64,000 bases of DNA from an uncultured Chitinophagaceae bacterium (GCA_903881425.1 CAIRTF010000052.1:1705-65704); one strand, 5' to 3'; shown: positions 29,688 to 39,493, counted from the stretch's first letter. Made by a program: numbers and translations. The notes: generated by a model not told the origin, from the letters alone.

Positions 29688-30563
29688 ATGTCGGTAGCAG
29701 GAAAATCATCACTCAAGCGCAGCAAGCCCAATTATATTTACAGCATTATTGGTGTTGCATTAGTTTTATTAATCATGGGTATCATGGGTTTATTGTTTTT
29801 GAACTTCAGAGAAGTATCCACCACTTTTAAAGAAGATATACGCATGAGTGCTTATTTGCGTACGATGAATAAAGACAGTATTGGCATGATACAACAGTAT
29901 CTGGCCAAACAACCCTACGCAAAAGATGTGACTTATGTGAACAAAGAATCGGCTAAACAAATCTGGAATAAAGAGAATAATGAAGATTGGGCAAAGATAT
30001 TAGATGCCAATCCACTACCCGAGAGCATTGACTTTTTTGCAAAGGCAGAATATGTTACAAAAGATAGTTTACAAAAAATACAACACAATCTGATGGCCAT
30101 TTATGGCAATCAAATCACCGACTTACAATATCCTCAGAGCCTGGTAAGTAATTTAAATGAACGTACTTCAAAGATCGGATTAATATTTTTGGTGATTGCT
30201 ATTGTGCTAATTATCATTGTTATTTTTAGCATTGATAATACCATTCGTTTGGCCATGTTCAGTAATCGTTTTTTAATAAAGACAATGCAAATGGTAGGCG
30301 CCACCAGAGGTTTTATTGCCAAGCCAATGAATATTCGTGCATTAGTTAACGGACTCATCAGTTCCGGCATTGCCATATTTATTTTATTTAGTTTAATTCA
30401 ATGGGCAGATAGTCAGTTCCCTCAATTAAAAGCATTGCACAATACCGAGTCAACCATTGGTTTGTTTTTAGGAATTATTGTTATTGGCGTGGGTATTTCT
30501 ATTTACAGCACAAATCGAAGTGTGATCAAATACCTGAAAATGAGTTTGGATGATTTGTATTAG
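29688..30563 (+). CDS. ftsX: Cell division protein FtsX-like permease
   Basis: FtsX architecture: TM helix, periplasmic domain, then three C-terminal TM helices. The track start is TTG at 29577; the ATG at 29688 (MSVAGKSSLKRSKPNY) fits better. Confidence 0.85.
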   Translation: MSVAGKSSLKRSKPNYIYSIIGVALVLLIMGIMGLLFLNFREVSTTFKEDIRMSAYLRTMNKDSIGMIQQYLAKQPYAKDVTYVNKESAKQIWNKENNEDWAKILDANPLPESIDFFAKAEYVTKDSLQKIQHNLMAIYGNQITDLQYPQSLVSNLNERTSKIGLIFLVIAIVLIIIVIFSIDNTIRLAMFSNRFLIKTMQMVGATRGFIAKPMNIRALVNGLISSGIAIFILFSLIQWADSQFPQLKALHNTESTIGLFLGIIVIGVGISIYSTNRSVIKYLKMSLDDLY

Positions 30564-30669
30564 AAAGAGGATTGTCCACAGACCAAGTTCTTAAATTTTT
30601 GTTTTTTCTTACGACTATTGACTACTAACTATTGAGTTTCCCTATATTGCAAGTCCAAAATTTTGAATT

Positions 30670-30921
30670 ATGAGTGTAACAAAGAAACCTACGGTTGAAA
30701 CTGCCCCATTATTTGGTAAGGAAAATTATCAATGGATGATAATTGGTGCAGTGGTGATTGCATTGGGTATGTTTTTAATGAGTGGCGGTAAAAGCCCTGA
30801 TCCGAAAGTATTTGATTATAAAGTAGTATACAGCACTACCAGAGTAACTATCGCTCCTATTTTAGTAATCGCAGGCTTGTTAATAGAGATCTATGCTATC
30901 TTCAAAAAATCAAAAGTATAA
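30670..30921 (+). CDS. DUF3098-like small two-TM membrane protein
   Basis: 83 aa with two TM helices, in the conserved Bacteroidota position right after ftsX. Confidence 0.7.
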   Translation: MSVTKKPTVETAPLFGKENYQWMIIGAVVIALGMFLMSGGKSPDPKVFDYKVVYSTTRVTIAPILVIAGLLIEIYAIFKKSKV

Positions 30922-30940
30922 AAAATTATTATTAATATTC

Positions 30941-30967
30941 AAAGCGGTGATATCACCGCTTTTTTTG
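30941..30967 (+). terminator. Rho-independent terminator
   Basis: AAAGCGGTGATATCACCGCTTTTTTTG, a perfect palindromic stem followed by a T-run. Confidence 0.7.
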
Positions 30968-31000
30968 TTTCTTTATTGTTCAAACCAAAACTAATTTTTC

Positions 31001-31798
31001 ATGGATACACTTCAGTCGATCATCATTGCCATTGTAGAAGGATTAACAGAATTCTTGCCTGTTTCATCAACTGCACATATGAAATTTACGAATCCATTGA
31101 TAGGCGTTACCGATACTCCATTTGTTGACATGTTTGAAGTTGTAATACAATTAGCGGCCATCTTAAGTGTAGTAACTATTTATTATAAAAAATTCTTCGA
31201 TTTCAAACACATTAGCTTTTACATCAAATTAGTAGTGGCTGTTATTCCCGCTTTAATTGGCGGATATTTTTTAAAGAAACATATCGATGCAGCATTAACC
31301 AATTTAAATTTCATTGCTGCTGTAATGATTGCCGGCGGTATTATTTTATTATTCGTTGATAAATTATTTGCCAATAATACCATTAATGAAGACGAAAAGA
31401 TTTCTTATCCTAAAGCATTCATCATTGGCTGTTTTCAGGTATTGAGTATTTTATTTCCCGGATTGAGCAGAAGCGCTGCAACCATTGTAGGTGGTATGAG
31501 TCAGAAATTAACACGCAGTGTTGCCGCTGAATTTTCTTTCTTTTTGGCAGTGCCAACAATGTTAGCTGCATCTGCCAAAAGTTTTATGGATGTTTACAAA
31601 GAACATAAAGAAGTATTGGTAAAAGATAATTTTATCACATTGGGTATTGGTGCAGTAGTGGCTTACATTGTAGCATTATTAGCGGTTCGTTTTTTTATCG
31701 GTTATTTACAAAAACATGGTTTTAAAATTTTTGGATGGTATAGAATTGTATTGGGCATTGTAGTACTGATACTGGTATATCAGGGAATTATTAAATAG
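31001..31798 (+). CDS. uppP: Undecaprenyl-diphosphate phosphatase
   Basis: BacA/UppP family: EGLTEFLPVSSTAHM and SRSAATI motifs, multi-pass membrane protein. Confidence 0.9.
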   Translation: MDTLQSIIIAIVEGLTEFLPVSSTAHMKFTNPLIGVTDTPFVDMFEVVIQLAAILSVVTIYYKKFFDFKHISFYIKLVVAVIPALIGGYFLKKHIDAALTNLNFIAAVMIAGGIILLFVDKLFANNTINEDEKISYPKAFIIGCFQVLSILFPGLSRSAATIVGGMSQKLTRSVAAEFSFFLAVPTMLAASAKSFMDVYKEHKEVLVKDNFITLGIGAVVAYIVALLAVRFFIGYLQKHGFKIFGWYRIVLGIVVLILVYQGIIK

Positions 31799-31884
31799 TT
31801 TATTATAAATGTTGAAGGTTAAATGATAAATTAGAGTGACGGTATATCCATTCAACATTAAAATTCATCATTCAACATTTTGTT

Positions 31885-33168
31885 ATGCTAACTGCTCCCA
31901 AAAAAATCATCAATGCATGGGCTATGTACGATTGGGCCAATAGCGCCTATTCGTTGATCATAACATCTGCCATCTTTCCTGCCTATTACACAGCCATTGC
32001 TCCGCCGCAGGTTGAATTTATCGGAAGAACTTATGATCGATCTGCATTAGCGTCTTATGCCATTTCATTTTCTTTTTTGATCATTGCATTTTTATCCCCC
32101 ATACTTTCTTCTATTGCAGATTATAAAGGCAATAAGAAAGCATTCATGAAATTCTTTTGCTATCTCGGTTCGGTAGCCTGTTGCAGTATGGTTTTCTTAA
32201 CAAAAGAAAATATCGGTTGGGGAATCATCGCATCTATTATTGCATCGATTGGTTATTGCGGCAGCATTGTTTTTTATAATGCTTATCTGCCGGAAATTGC
32301 AGCAGAAGAAGACCAGGATGATGTAAGTGCAAAAGGTTTTGCGATGGGTTATATCGGCAGCGTTATTTTAATGGTGGTTTGTTTGGCATTCATTATGGCG
32401 AATGATAAAATGAATTTAGGATGGGGTGCATGGCCTGCAAGACTTTCTTTTTTATCGGTAGGTATTTGGTGGGCTGGCTTTGCGCAAATTACTTTTAACA
32501 GATTACCGTCATCTAAACCATCTGAACAAGATATGCAACACAGCATATTAACCAATGGCTTTCACGAATTGAAAAAAGTATGGAATCAATTGCAGGATTA
32601 TCCAAGATTAAAAAGATTTCTGCGCAGTTTTTTCTTTTATAATATGGGTGTACAAACAGTCATGTATCTCGCTACTTATTTCGCATCGGATGAATTGAAG
32701 ATGGAATCATCACAACTAATCATCACTGTTTTGATTATTCAGTTAGTAGCTATCTTGGGGGCTACCATCTTTGCAAAATTATCCGATAAGACGAATAATA
32801 TTTTCACTTTAGGCGTATTGATTACGATATGGATCGGTATTTGTTTTTTTGCTTCTCGAGTAACAACTGTAACTGAATTTTATGTTGTTGCCTTTTGTGT
32901 AGGTATGGTAATGGGTGGTATTCAATCTATGAGTCGCTCTACTTATTCAAAATTATTACCCGAAACAAAAGATACAGCCTCTTATTTTAGTTTTTATGAT
33001 GTATGTGATAAAATGGGAACTGTAATTGGCACATTGGCATTCGGTTCAGTGGGAGAATTTTTAGGCGGTATGAGAAATTCTGTATTAACATTAATGGTGT
33101 TCTTTATCATCGGTTTAATTTTGCTGATGTTTGTGCATATGAAAAAAGATAAAACGATTGCTGCATGA
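31885..33168 (+). CDS. MFS transporter (UMF1-like)
   Basis: 427 aa with about 12 predicted TM helices and an N-terminal WAMYDWANSAY motif typical of the UMF1 family. Confidence 0.75.
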   Translation: MLTAPKKIINAWAMYDWANSAYSLIITSAIFPAYYTAIAPPQVEFIGRTYDRSALASYAISFSFLIIAFLSPILSSIADYKGNKKAFMKFFCYLGSVACCSMVFLTKENIGWGIIASIIASIGYCGSIVFYNAYLPEIAAEEDQDDVSAKGFAMGYIGSVILMVVCLAFIMANDKMNLGWGAWPARLSFLSVGIWWAGFAQITFNRLPSSKPSEQDMQHSILTNGFHELKKVWNQLQDYPRLKRFLRSFFFYNMGVQTVMYLATYFASDELKMESSQLIITVLIIQLVAILGATIFAKLSDKTNNIFTLGVLITIWIGICFFASRVTTVTEFYVVAFCVGMVMGGIQSMSRSTYSKLLPETKDTASYFSFYDVCDKMGTVIGTLAFGSVGEFLGGMRNSVLTLMVFFIIGLILLMFVHMKKDKTIAA

Positions 33169-34064
33169 AACTCTATTCCATAGAAACAGAATATTTTAAA
33201 TTAGATGGTGGTGCCATGTTTGGCGTTGTGCCAAAAGTGATTTGGAGCAAATTAAATCCGGCTGATGAAAATAATTTATGCAGTTGGGCAATGCGTTGTT
33301 TGTTGATTGAGGATGATAACAGATTAATATTAATTGATACCGGAATTGGCAATAAACAAGATGCAAAATTTTTAGGACATTATCATTTACATGGCAATCA
33401 TACTTTAGAGAAATCTCTAGCAGCAAATGGTTTTAGCAAAGACGATATAACCGATGTAATCCTTACCCACCTTCATTTTGATCATTGCGGTGGCGCCATT
33501 GAAAGAGTAAATGATAAACTTGTAACTGCATTTAAAAATGCCACTTATTGGAGTAATGAAGATCATTGGAAAACTGCCACAAAGCCTAATGCAAGAGAAA
33601 AAGCTTCATTTTTAAAAGAAAATATTTTACCGATTCAGGAAAGCGGAAAATTGAAATTCGTAGATTATCCATATACTGTTGCACTAAAGCAAAACAAAGG
33701 AAAATGGATTGAGAGAAATCCTTTTCTTTTAGATAAAACAAAATTTTCCGAAAAAATAGATTTATTATTTGTTAATGGACACACCAGTGCAATGATGTTA
33801 CCAATAATAAAACATAATGGTAAAACTTTTGTCTACATGGCTGATCTGTTACCAAGTGTTGGGCATATTCCATTGCCTTATGTTATGGCTTATGACATGA
33901 ACCCTTTAATTACTTTGAATGAGAAAGAAGCTTATTTAAATGAAGCGGTTGATAATAATTACATTTTGTTCTTTGAACACGATCCGGTAAATGAATGCTG
34001 TACTTTACAAAGAACTGAAAAAGGAATCAGGCAAAAAGAATGTTTTAAATTATCGGAGATTTGA
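33165..34064 (+). CDS. MBL-fold metallo-hydrolase
   Basis: THLHFDHCGG motif. Its start overlaps the upstream stop (ATGA at 33165-33168). Confidence 0.8.
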   Translation: MKLYSIETEYFKLDGGAMFGVVPKVIWSKLNPADENNLCSWAMRCLLIEDDNRLILIDTGIGNKQDAKFLGHYHLHGNHTLEKSLAANGFSKDDITDVILTHLHFDHCGGAIERVNDKLVTAFKNATYWSNEDHWKTATKPNAREKASFLKENILPIQESGKLKFVDYPYTVALKQNKGKWIERNPFLLDKTKFSEKIDLLFVNGHTSAMMLPIIKHNGKTFVYMADLLPSVGHIPLPYVMAYDMNPLITLNEKEAYLNEAVDNNYILFFEHDPVNECCTLQRTEKGIRQKECFKLSEI

Positions 34065-34856
34065 TCATCTGAATTTTTCCATCGAACTTAATGGGTAACG
34101 AAGATTTCGGTATTGCATCATATCTGCTTTTACGCTTCCCACAACAATCGGACTTTCAATTCTTATGGGAATATGATTGGCATCATCGGTAACCCAAACA
34201 GTCATTTTTTCTCCGCCCTCAAACAATGTTCCTTTAACCAACAATGGTTTGAATTTAATTGCATGAAACTTTCCATACTTGGTTTTAATCTCTTCTTTTC
34301 CCAAATATTTCATGTATAAATGATATACTTCATTATCCAAGAACATATCAAACGGAATCTTATCATCAATTTGATATTTTGAAAAATCAATATTGCGGGC
34401 ATAATAAATTGAGCTCAATACATCCTGAATACAATTGGGCACTTTGTATACGCCTTTTGAAGTAATGGCCGTATTAGTTTGCTGATTGAAAGTTACATTT
34501 TCATTCATCTTAAACCCGCCTTCATTTACATCACGCAAAAATTTATACGGTTGTAAAGTAGCAGTATCAAAAAAACTTTCATACTTGTCACGAACCTTGA
34601 ATATCCAGTCGTAGCTTGGGTTTGAACTACCCGTTCCCACCACATGATACACCGTTTTATTATTCATTTTCTCAATACCCAATGAAAAATTAGCAGAACC
34701 TGCATTTACATAAATACCAATAACAGAATAAAAAATAGTGTAAGAAATACTTTCGCCATCCTGAAAAGCAAAATTGCGGATACCGCAAAACTCATCTCCT
34801 GCAGTTAAGGGAAACCAAATCAATATTGGTATGATAGATACAATGATTCTTTTCAC
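34065..34856 (-). CDS. DUF3108-like secreted protein
   Basis: Signal peptide followed by beta-rich sequence. GTG start at 34856. The family call comes from memory of similar Bacteroidota proteins. Confidence 0.6.
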   Translation of the reverse strand: MKRIIVSIIPILIWFPLTAGDEFCGIRNFAFQDGESISYTIFYSVIGIYVNAGSANFSLGIEKMNNKTVYHVVGTGSSNPSYDWIFKVRDKYESFFDTATLQPYKFLRDVNEGGFKMNENVTFNQQTNTAITSKGVYKVPNCIQDVLSSIYYARNIDFSKYQIDDKIPFDMFLDNEVYHLYMKYLGKEEIKTKYGKFHAIKFKPLLVKGTLFEGGEKMTVWVTDDANHIPIRIESPIVVGSVKADMMQYRNLRYPLSSMEKFR

Positions 34857-34862
34857 GAAGGT

Positions 34863-35849
34863 TTATTTCTTAAATATTTTTATGGGCATTAAAATTACAC
34901 TTCCTGCAACTGCCGGCAATACTCTATTGATAAACCAGATACCTGCTGTTGTTAATAAGATGCCTGCAACATTCGTACTCAACAATCCGATTAATTGAAT
35001 ACCAATTTCGCCTCTCAGTCCCAGCTCTGCAAATGCAATACTCGGTATAATAGCTAATACTAAAAATAGTACAGATATAACCCACATCAATGCAATATTG
35101 TTTGCTTCTACTTTAAAAATATGTAACAATATTAGGTATTGAATAATGAAAACGATGAATCTGATAAATGAAAGAAATAAAATTCTTGTTAATTCTTTCC
35201 AACGAAATTCTTTCAAATTACTGATCAAATAAACATGTTTTGAAACAAAAGGTATTCTTTCTAATAGTTTAATAATCCAACTCAATCTATAATAAAGCAT
35301 CAACGAGATAATGAAACACATTATCATCAACACTACTAACACGTTGAAACCAACATTGCTGAAAGTTTTCAGAAGAAATGTATTATTTAAAAAATTTGAT
35401 TGCATAAAAATCAATCCGGCAATACCCATCACAACAGTTACAATTACCTGACTGATACTTCCCACTATTGAAACGGCAATGGCTTTGGAACGATTTCCTT
35501 CATCTAAATAAGCGATCTTGCCAATAAATTCTCCAACATTATTTACTGTTCCAAAAGCAAAAGCTTGTCCTGCAAAAATGGCTTTGAATGATTGTTTGAA
35601 ACTGATTTGCTGAATACCTTTCATCAACCATTGCCATTTGTATGCTTCCAATCCCCAGTTTAGCAACATCAACAATAACACAACAATCAATTTCCACCAT
35701 TGTTCTGCTGTAAATGAATAAATGATCGATTGCCAAACTTGCGGCAGATCCTTTTGCTCTTTGATTTGATGATAGATAGAAAAAGACAGCCATACAAAAA
35801 TGATCGGGCCGATAAAATAATTAAGAAATATTTTGAGTTTCGTATTCAG
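34863..35849 (-). CDS. Flippase-like / lysylphosphatidylglycerol-synthase-TM-region family membrane protein, probable CTG start
   Basis: The frame stays open 58 codons upstream of the track start (TTG 35690) and encodes a plausible N-terminus, (M)NTKLKIFLNYFIGPIIFVWLSFSIYHQIK. There is no ATG/GTG/TTG there; a CTG lies at 35847-35849. Confidence 0.6.
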   Translation of the reverse strand: MNTKLKIFLNYFIGPIIFVWLSFSIYHQIKEQKDLPQVWQSIIYSFTAEQWWKLIVVLLLMLLNWGLEAYKWQWLMKGIQQISFKQSFKAIFAGQAFAFGTVNNVGEFIGKIAYLDEGNRSKAIAVSIVGSISQVIVTVVMGIAGLIFMQSNFLNNTFLLKTFSNVGFNVLVVLMIMCFIISLMLYYRLSWIIKLLERIPFVSKHVYLISNLKEFRWKELTRILFLSFIRFIVFIIQYLILLHIFKVEANNIALMWVISVLFLVLAIIPSIAFAELGLRGEIGIQLIGLLSTNVAGILLTTAGIWFINRVLPAVAGSVILMPIKIFKK

Positions 35850-35933
35850 AAAAAATATTTTTACTTATTACAAAGAACGGATGAAAGGAGCAGATAAAAA
35901 ACTTATAACAATAAAGCTTTATTTTCACCATTG

Positions 35934-36497
35934 ATGAAGCCATTCCAAATTATATTAGGTATTGATCCCGGCACACAATTAATGGGTTATGCATTATTAA
36001 AAACAGATGGCAATACTGCTCGTGTTTTATTAATGGATACATTAAAATTGACTTCGTATAAAGATATTTACGAACGATTAGAAAAGATTCACACCAAAGT
36101 TGGTGAGTTAATCAAATTATATCAACCTACAACTTTTGCTATCGAAGCACCCTTCTTCGGAAAGAATGTACAAAGCATGTTAAAGTTAGGCAGGGCACAG
36201 GGTGTAGCCATTGCTGCAGCCATGCAAGCAGAAATAAGTGTTACTGAATATTCTCCTAAGAAAGTGAAGCAATCCATTACCGGAAATGGTAATGCTGATA
36301 AAGAACAGGTTTGGAAAATGTTGCAACGCACTTTGAACATTGAACAAAAGCCTCAATACTTTGACGCTACAGATGCATTGGCTGTTGCATTATGTCATCA
36401 TTATCAAATCTCTTCTCCATTAAAAACAAATACAAAAGGATTTAAAGGTTGGGAAGATTTTATTGCCAAGAATGAAACGAGAGTGAAGAAAAAATAA
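35934..36497 (+). CDS. ruvC: Crossover junction endodeoxyribonuclease RuvC
   Basis: ILGIDPGT...GYA N-terminal catalytic motif and RuvC-like sequence throughout. ATG at 35934. Confidence 0.9.
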   Translation: MKPFQIILGIDPGTQLMGYALLKTDGNTARVLLMDTLKLTSYKDIYERLEKIHTKVGELIKLYQPTTFAIEAPFFGKNVQSMLKLGRAQGVAIAAAMQAEISVTEYSPKKVKQSITGNGNADKEQVWKMLQRTLNIEQKPQYFDATDALAVALCHHYQISSPLKTNTKGFKGWEDFIAKNETRVKKK

Positions 36498-36893
36498 TTA
36501 ATGAAGGTGTGCAATGATTTTTTCCTGTACTGCTTTTAATTCTTCTGGTGTTACTTTCATTTTTTTGGATAATGCATTCATATCACTCATTCCGTTCATC
36601 GGCAATAAATGAATATGTGCATGAGGCACTTCAAAGCCAATGGTGACGATATTTACACGATCACAACCAAATGCTTGCTGAATAGCTTTTGCAATGGGCT
36701 GTGCAAAAGTTAGCATGCCATCTAAATATGCTGTTGGCAAATCAAACAATCTATCAACTTCAATTTTGGGAACAACTAATGTATGCCCGGATGCTGAAGG
36801 AAAAATATCTAAGAAAGCATAAAACTTTTCATTTTCTGCAATTTTATAACTCGATATTTCGCCTGAGATGATTTTTGAAAAGATACTTGCCAT
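36498..36893 (-). CDS. HIT family hydrolase
   Basis: Histidine triad HAHIHLLP. ATG at 36893 (MASIFSKIISGE). The upstream part of the track ORF looks non-coding. Confidence 0.85.
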   Translation of the reverse strand: MASIFSKIISGEISSYKIAENEKFYAFLDIFPSASGHTLVVPKIEVDRLFDLPTAYLDGMLTFAQPIAKAIQQAFGCDRVNIVTIGFEVPHAHIHLLPMNGMSDMNALSKKMKVTPEELKAVQEKIIAHLH

Positions 36894-37032
36894 ATAAATT
36901 ATCTGTTGCACAAATTTATACGAATTACACGAATTACTAATTGTTGTCTCGCATCTGCTTAGCAAGGCAATAAAATAGAAAGCCTTACATATAAAATAAT
37001 GTAAGGCCTTCCACATTCTATAAAAAATTACA

Positions 37033-37500
37033 TTAAATAGAAATAGATTCTACTTTAAATTTAATAACACCGTTTGGTGCCAGCACTTCAGCAATTTCAC
37101 CGATGGCTTTACCTAATAAACCTTTTCCTATTGGTGATGAAGCAGATATTTTTCCTGCTTTCAAATCAGCTTCTTTCTCGCCAACTATTTGATAAGTTAC
37201 TGTTTTTTTGTTACCTATATTGGTAATGGTAACCTTTGTTAAAATAGCCACTTTACTGGTATCAATAGTACTTGGGTCAACAATTTTTGCATTAGCAATA
37301 ATGCCTTCTAATTGTTTAATTTTCGCTTCTAACATTCCTTGTGCTTCTTTCGCAGAATCATATTCAGCATTCTCTTTCAAATCGCCTTTTTCACGTGCTT
37401 CTGCAATGGCACGCGATGCTGCCGGGCGTTCAACGCCCTTCATCCTCTGCAATTCAGCTTTCATTTTGTCGAATGTCTCTTTGGTAACGTATTCACTCAT
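37033..37500 (-). CDS. greA: Transcription elongation factor GreA
   Basis: Coiled-coil N-terminal domain with an acidic tip plus a C-terminal FKBP-like domain (SSPIGKGLLGK). ATG at 37500. Confidence 0.95.
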   Translation of the reverse strand: MSEYVTKETFDKMKAELQRMKGVERPAASRAIAEAREKGDLKENAEYDSAKEAQGMLEAKIKQLEGIIANAKIVDPSTIDTSKVAILTKVTITNIGNKKTVTYQIVGEKEADLKAGKISASSPIGKGLLGKAIGEIAEVLAPNGVIKFKVESISI

Positions 37501-37520
37501 AATCTTTGGTTTAAAGAGAT

Positions 37521-37555
37521 AAAAAAAATACAACGCCTCATCCTGTGAAGCGTTG
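37521..37555 (-). promoter_or_regulatory. Terminator-like hairpin in the greA leader, 20 nt upstream of the start codon
   Basis: Minus strand reads CAACGC-ttcacaggatgag-GCGTTG followed by TATTTTTTTT. Confidence 0.45.
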
Positions 37556-37603
37556 CAGTAAGTACAAATATAGAAAATATTGATTTGAAAAAAAAGTTTT
37601 TAG

Positions 37604-37651
37604 TCAGCTTTTGTACAATCATTCATCCAAGTTGCGTCGCACACTTGTACT
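37604..37651 (-). repeat. Dispersed intergenic repeat copy upstream of greA
   Basis: Minus strand reads AGTACAAGTGTGCGACGCAACTTGGATGAATGATTGTACAAAAGCTGA, with a 20/20 match to 18653-18672. Confidence 0.8.
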
Positions 37652-37667
37652 GCATATCAGTATGCAA

Positions 37668-38594
37668 CTAAAAGCCCAATTTATCCAGCACCACTTTTGC
37701 CATTTTATAAAATGCTTCATGGCTATACCCTGCAATATGAGGCGTAATAATAACATTCGGTTGCTTCAGTAAAAAATCTAGTTGCAATTTTTCATCATCG
37801 GCATAAGATGCTAAATTTTCATTTTCCAACACATCTAATCCTGCAGCTTTAATTTTTTTATTTTTCAGCGCATTAATTAACGCATTGGTATCAGTCACTT
37901 TTCCTCTGCAAGTATTTAAAAAATAAGGTTGTTGATGTAATGAATTGAAGAAGGCATCGTTGGCATAATGAAATGTTTCATCTGTTAATGGCAAATGCAA
38001 ACTAATCACATCTGCATATTTAAAAATTTGTTCAGGCTCTGCTTCACGTACAAAATCTTTTGCAAAACCAAATTTATATTTATCGTGTGCCAATACTGTT
38101 ACATCAAAGGATGATAATAATGTAGCTAGAGCACTACCTGTATTTCCATAACCTATAATTCCAACAGTCTTTCCCGCTAATTCATCTCCTCTGTTGGCAT
38201 CACGAATCCATTTACCCAATTTAATTTCATCATAGCTGCAGGAAATCTTATTCATTACATTCAACAACAAGCCTAATGCATGTTCTGCTACTGCATTTCT
38301 GTTTCCTTCAGGACTGCTAACACATTTAATGCCTTTGCTTTCTGCATAAGCTACATCAATTTGTTCCATGCCACTTCCCAAACGACCAATCCATTTTAAT
38401 TGAATAGCTTTATCTAAAATATTTTTATCAATATTCAATTGAGTGGTCACAATCAATCCTTCAACATCAACAAGCATTTGCTCTAATGCTTCATATTTTA
38501 TGCCAGGCATATCCAACACATCAAACCCATGCCTGATCAATGTTTCAGCCAAATACGGATGACATTTTGCTGTTATAATTACTTTCTTGTTCAT
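37668..38594 (-). CDS. D-isomer-specific 2-hydroxyacid dehydrogenase family protein
   Basis: NAD-binding GIIGYGNTG and a catalytic R...E...H pattern (NTCRG, TPHIAG). 308 aa. Confidence 0.85.
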   Translation of the reverse strand: MNKKVIITAKCHPYLAETLIRHGFDVLDMPGIKYEALEQMLVDVEGLIVTTQLNIDKNILDKAIQLKWIGRLGSGMEQIDVAYAESKGIKCVSSPEGNRNAVAEHALGLLLNVMNKISCSYDEIKLGKWIRDANRGDELAGKTVGIIGYGNTGSALATLLSSFDVTVLAHDKYKFGFAKDFVREAEPEQIFKYADVISLHLPLTDETFHYANDAFFNSLHQQPYFLNTCRGKVTDTNALINALKNKKIKAAGLDVLENENLASYADDEKLQLDFLLKQPNVIITPHIAGYSHEAFYKMAKVVLDKLGF

Positions 38595-39346
38595 TTCATT
38601 TTAAAAGTCAGGTTTGCAAAATCTTGTACACTCAATTGTTCTGCACGTTTATTAAAAATGACATCTTGCAAGGTTACTTCATCAAACAAACCTTTCACTG
38701 CATTGCGTAACATTTTTCTTCTTTGATTGAATGCCATTTTTACTAATTGAAAAAATATTTTTTCGCTTCGCATTTCGTATTTCATATTTTTTTGCTTCAA
38801 CTTAATTACTCCACTCATTACTTTCGGCGGCGGATTAAAACATCCCGGCGGTACATCAAACAAATATTCTACTTCATAAAAAGCTTGCACCAATACACTT
38901 AATATACCGTAAGATTTATTTCCGGATGATGCTGCAATTCTTTGCGCTACTTCTTTTTGAAACATACCAATCATCACAGGCACTTGTTCTTTCCATTCTA
39001 ATATTTTGAATAAAATTTGAGATGAAATGTTGTATGGAAAATTACCAACCACTATAAATTCACTTTCGAAAGGTGCAGCAATATCTAAAATACTTTGATG
39101 AATGATTTTTCCAACAATGCTTGGATAGGTTGTTTCCAGATAGCTCACTTTTTCTTCATCCAATTCAACTGCTTTAAAATCTATTCTTTCAATTTCCAAT
39201 AAATATTTCGTTAAGGCACCACCACCCGGACCAACTTCTAACAATTGAGAAAAACTTTCTTCCTGTAATGCAGCGACAATCTTTTTGCAAATATTCTCAT
39301 CTTTCAAAAAATGCTGACCCAATGATTTTTTCAATGTATACTGCAT
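38591..39346 (-). CDS. rsmA: 16S rRNA (adenine1518/1519-N6)-dimethyltransferase RsmA/KsgA
   Basis: KKSLGQHFL, the SAM motif [10 protein letters not shown], and NFPYNISS. Confidence 0.9.
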   Translation of the reverse strand: MQYTLKKSLGQHFLKDENICKKIVAALQEESFSQLLEVGPGGGALTKYLLEIERIDFKAVELDEEKVSYLETTYPSIVGKIIHQSILDIAAPFESEFIVVGNFPYNISSQILFKILEWKEQVPVMIGMFQKEVAQRIAASSGNKSYGILSVLVQAFYEVEYLFDVPPGCFNPPPKVMSGVIKLKQKNMKYEMRSEKIFFQLVKMAFNQRRKMLRNAVKGLFDEVTLQDVIFNKRAEQLSVQDFANLTFKMK

Positions 39347-39493
39347 TCAACAAAAATAGGAAAGTAAACCATGATTAAATGACCAAAAGAATTATACCCT
39401 GATAAATTAAAATACTATTATCAAGCTAATCTGTCTAATCTCAATAATCTTTGTTCATGGTTAATCCTTATTTTTACAGCTAAACAATCTGGC

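Noticed and set aside
35539-35793. 84-aa ORF overlapping the 5' end of the flippase-like gene
   Set aside because: It is in a different frame over a region where the flippase frame encodes a convincing TM N-terminus, so it is most likely spurious.
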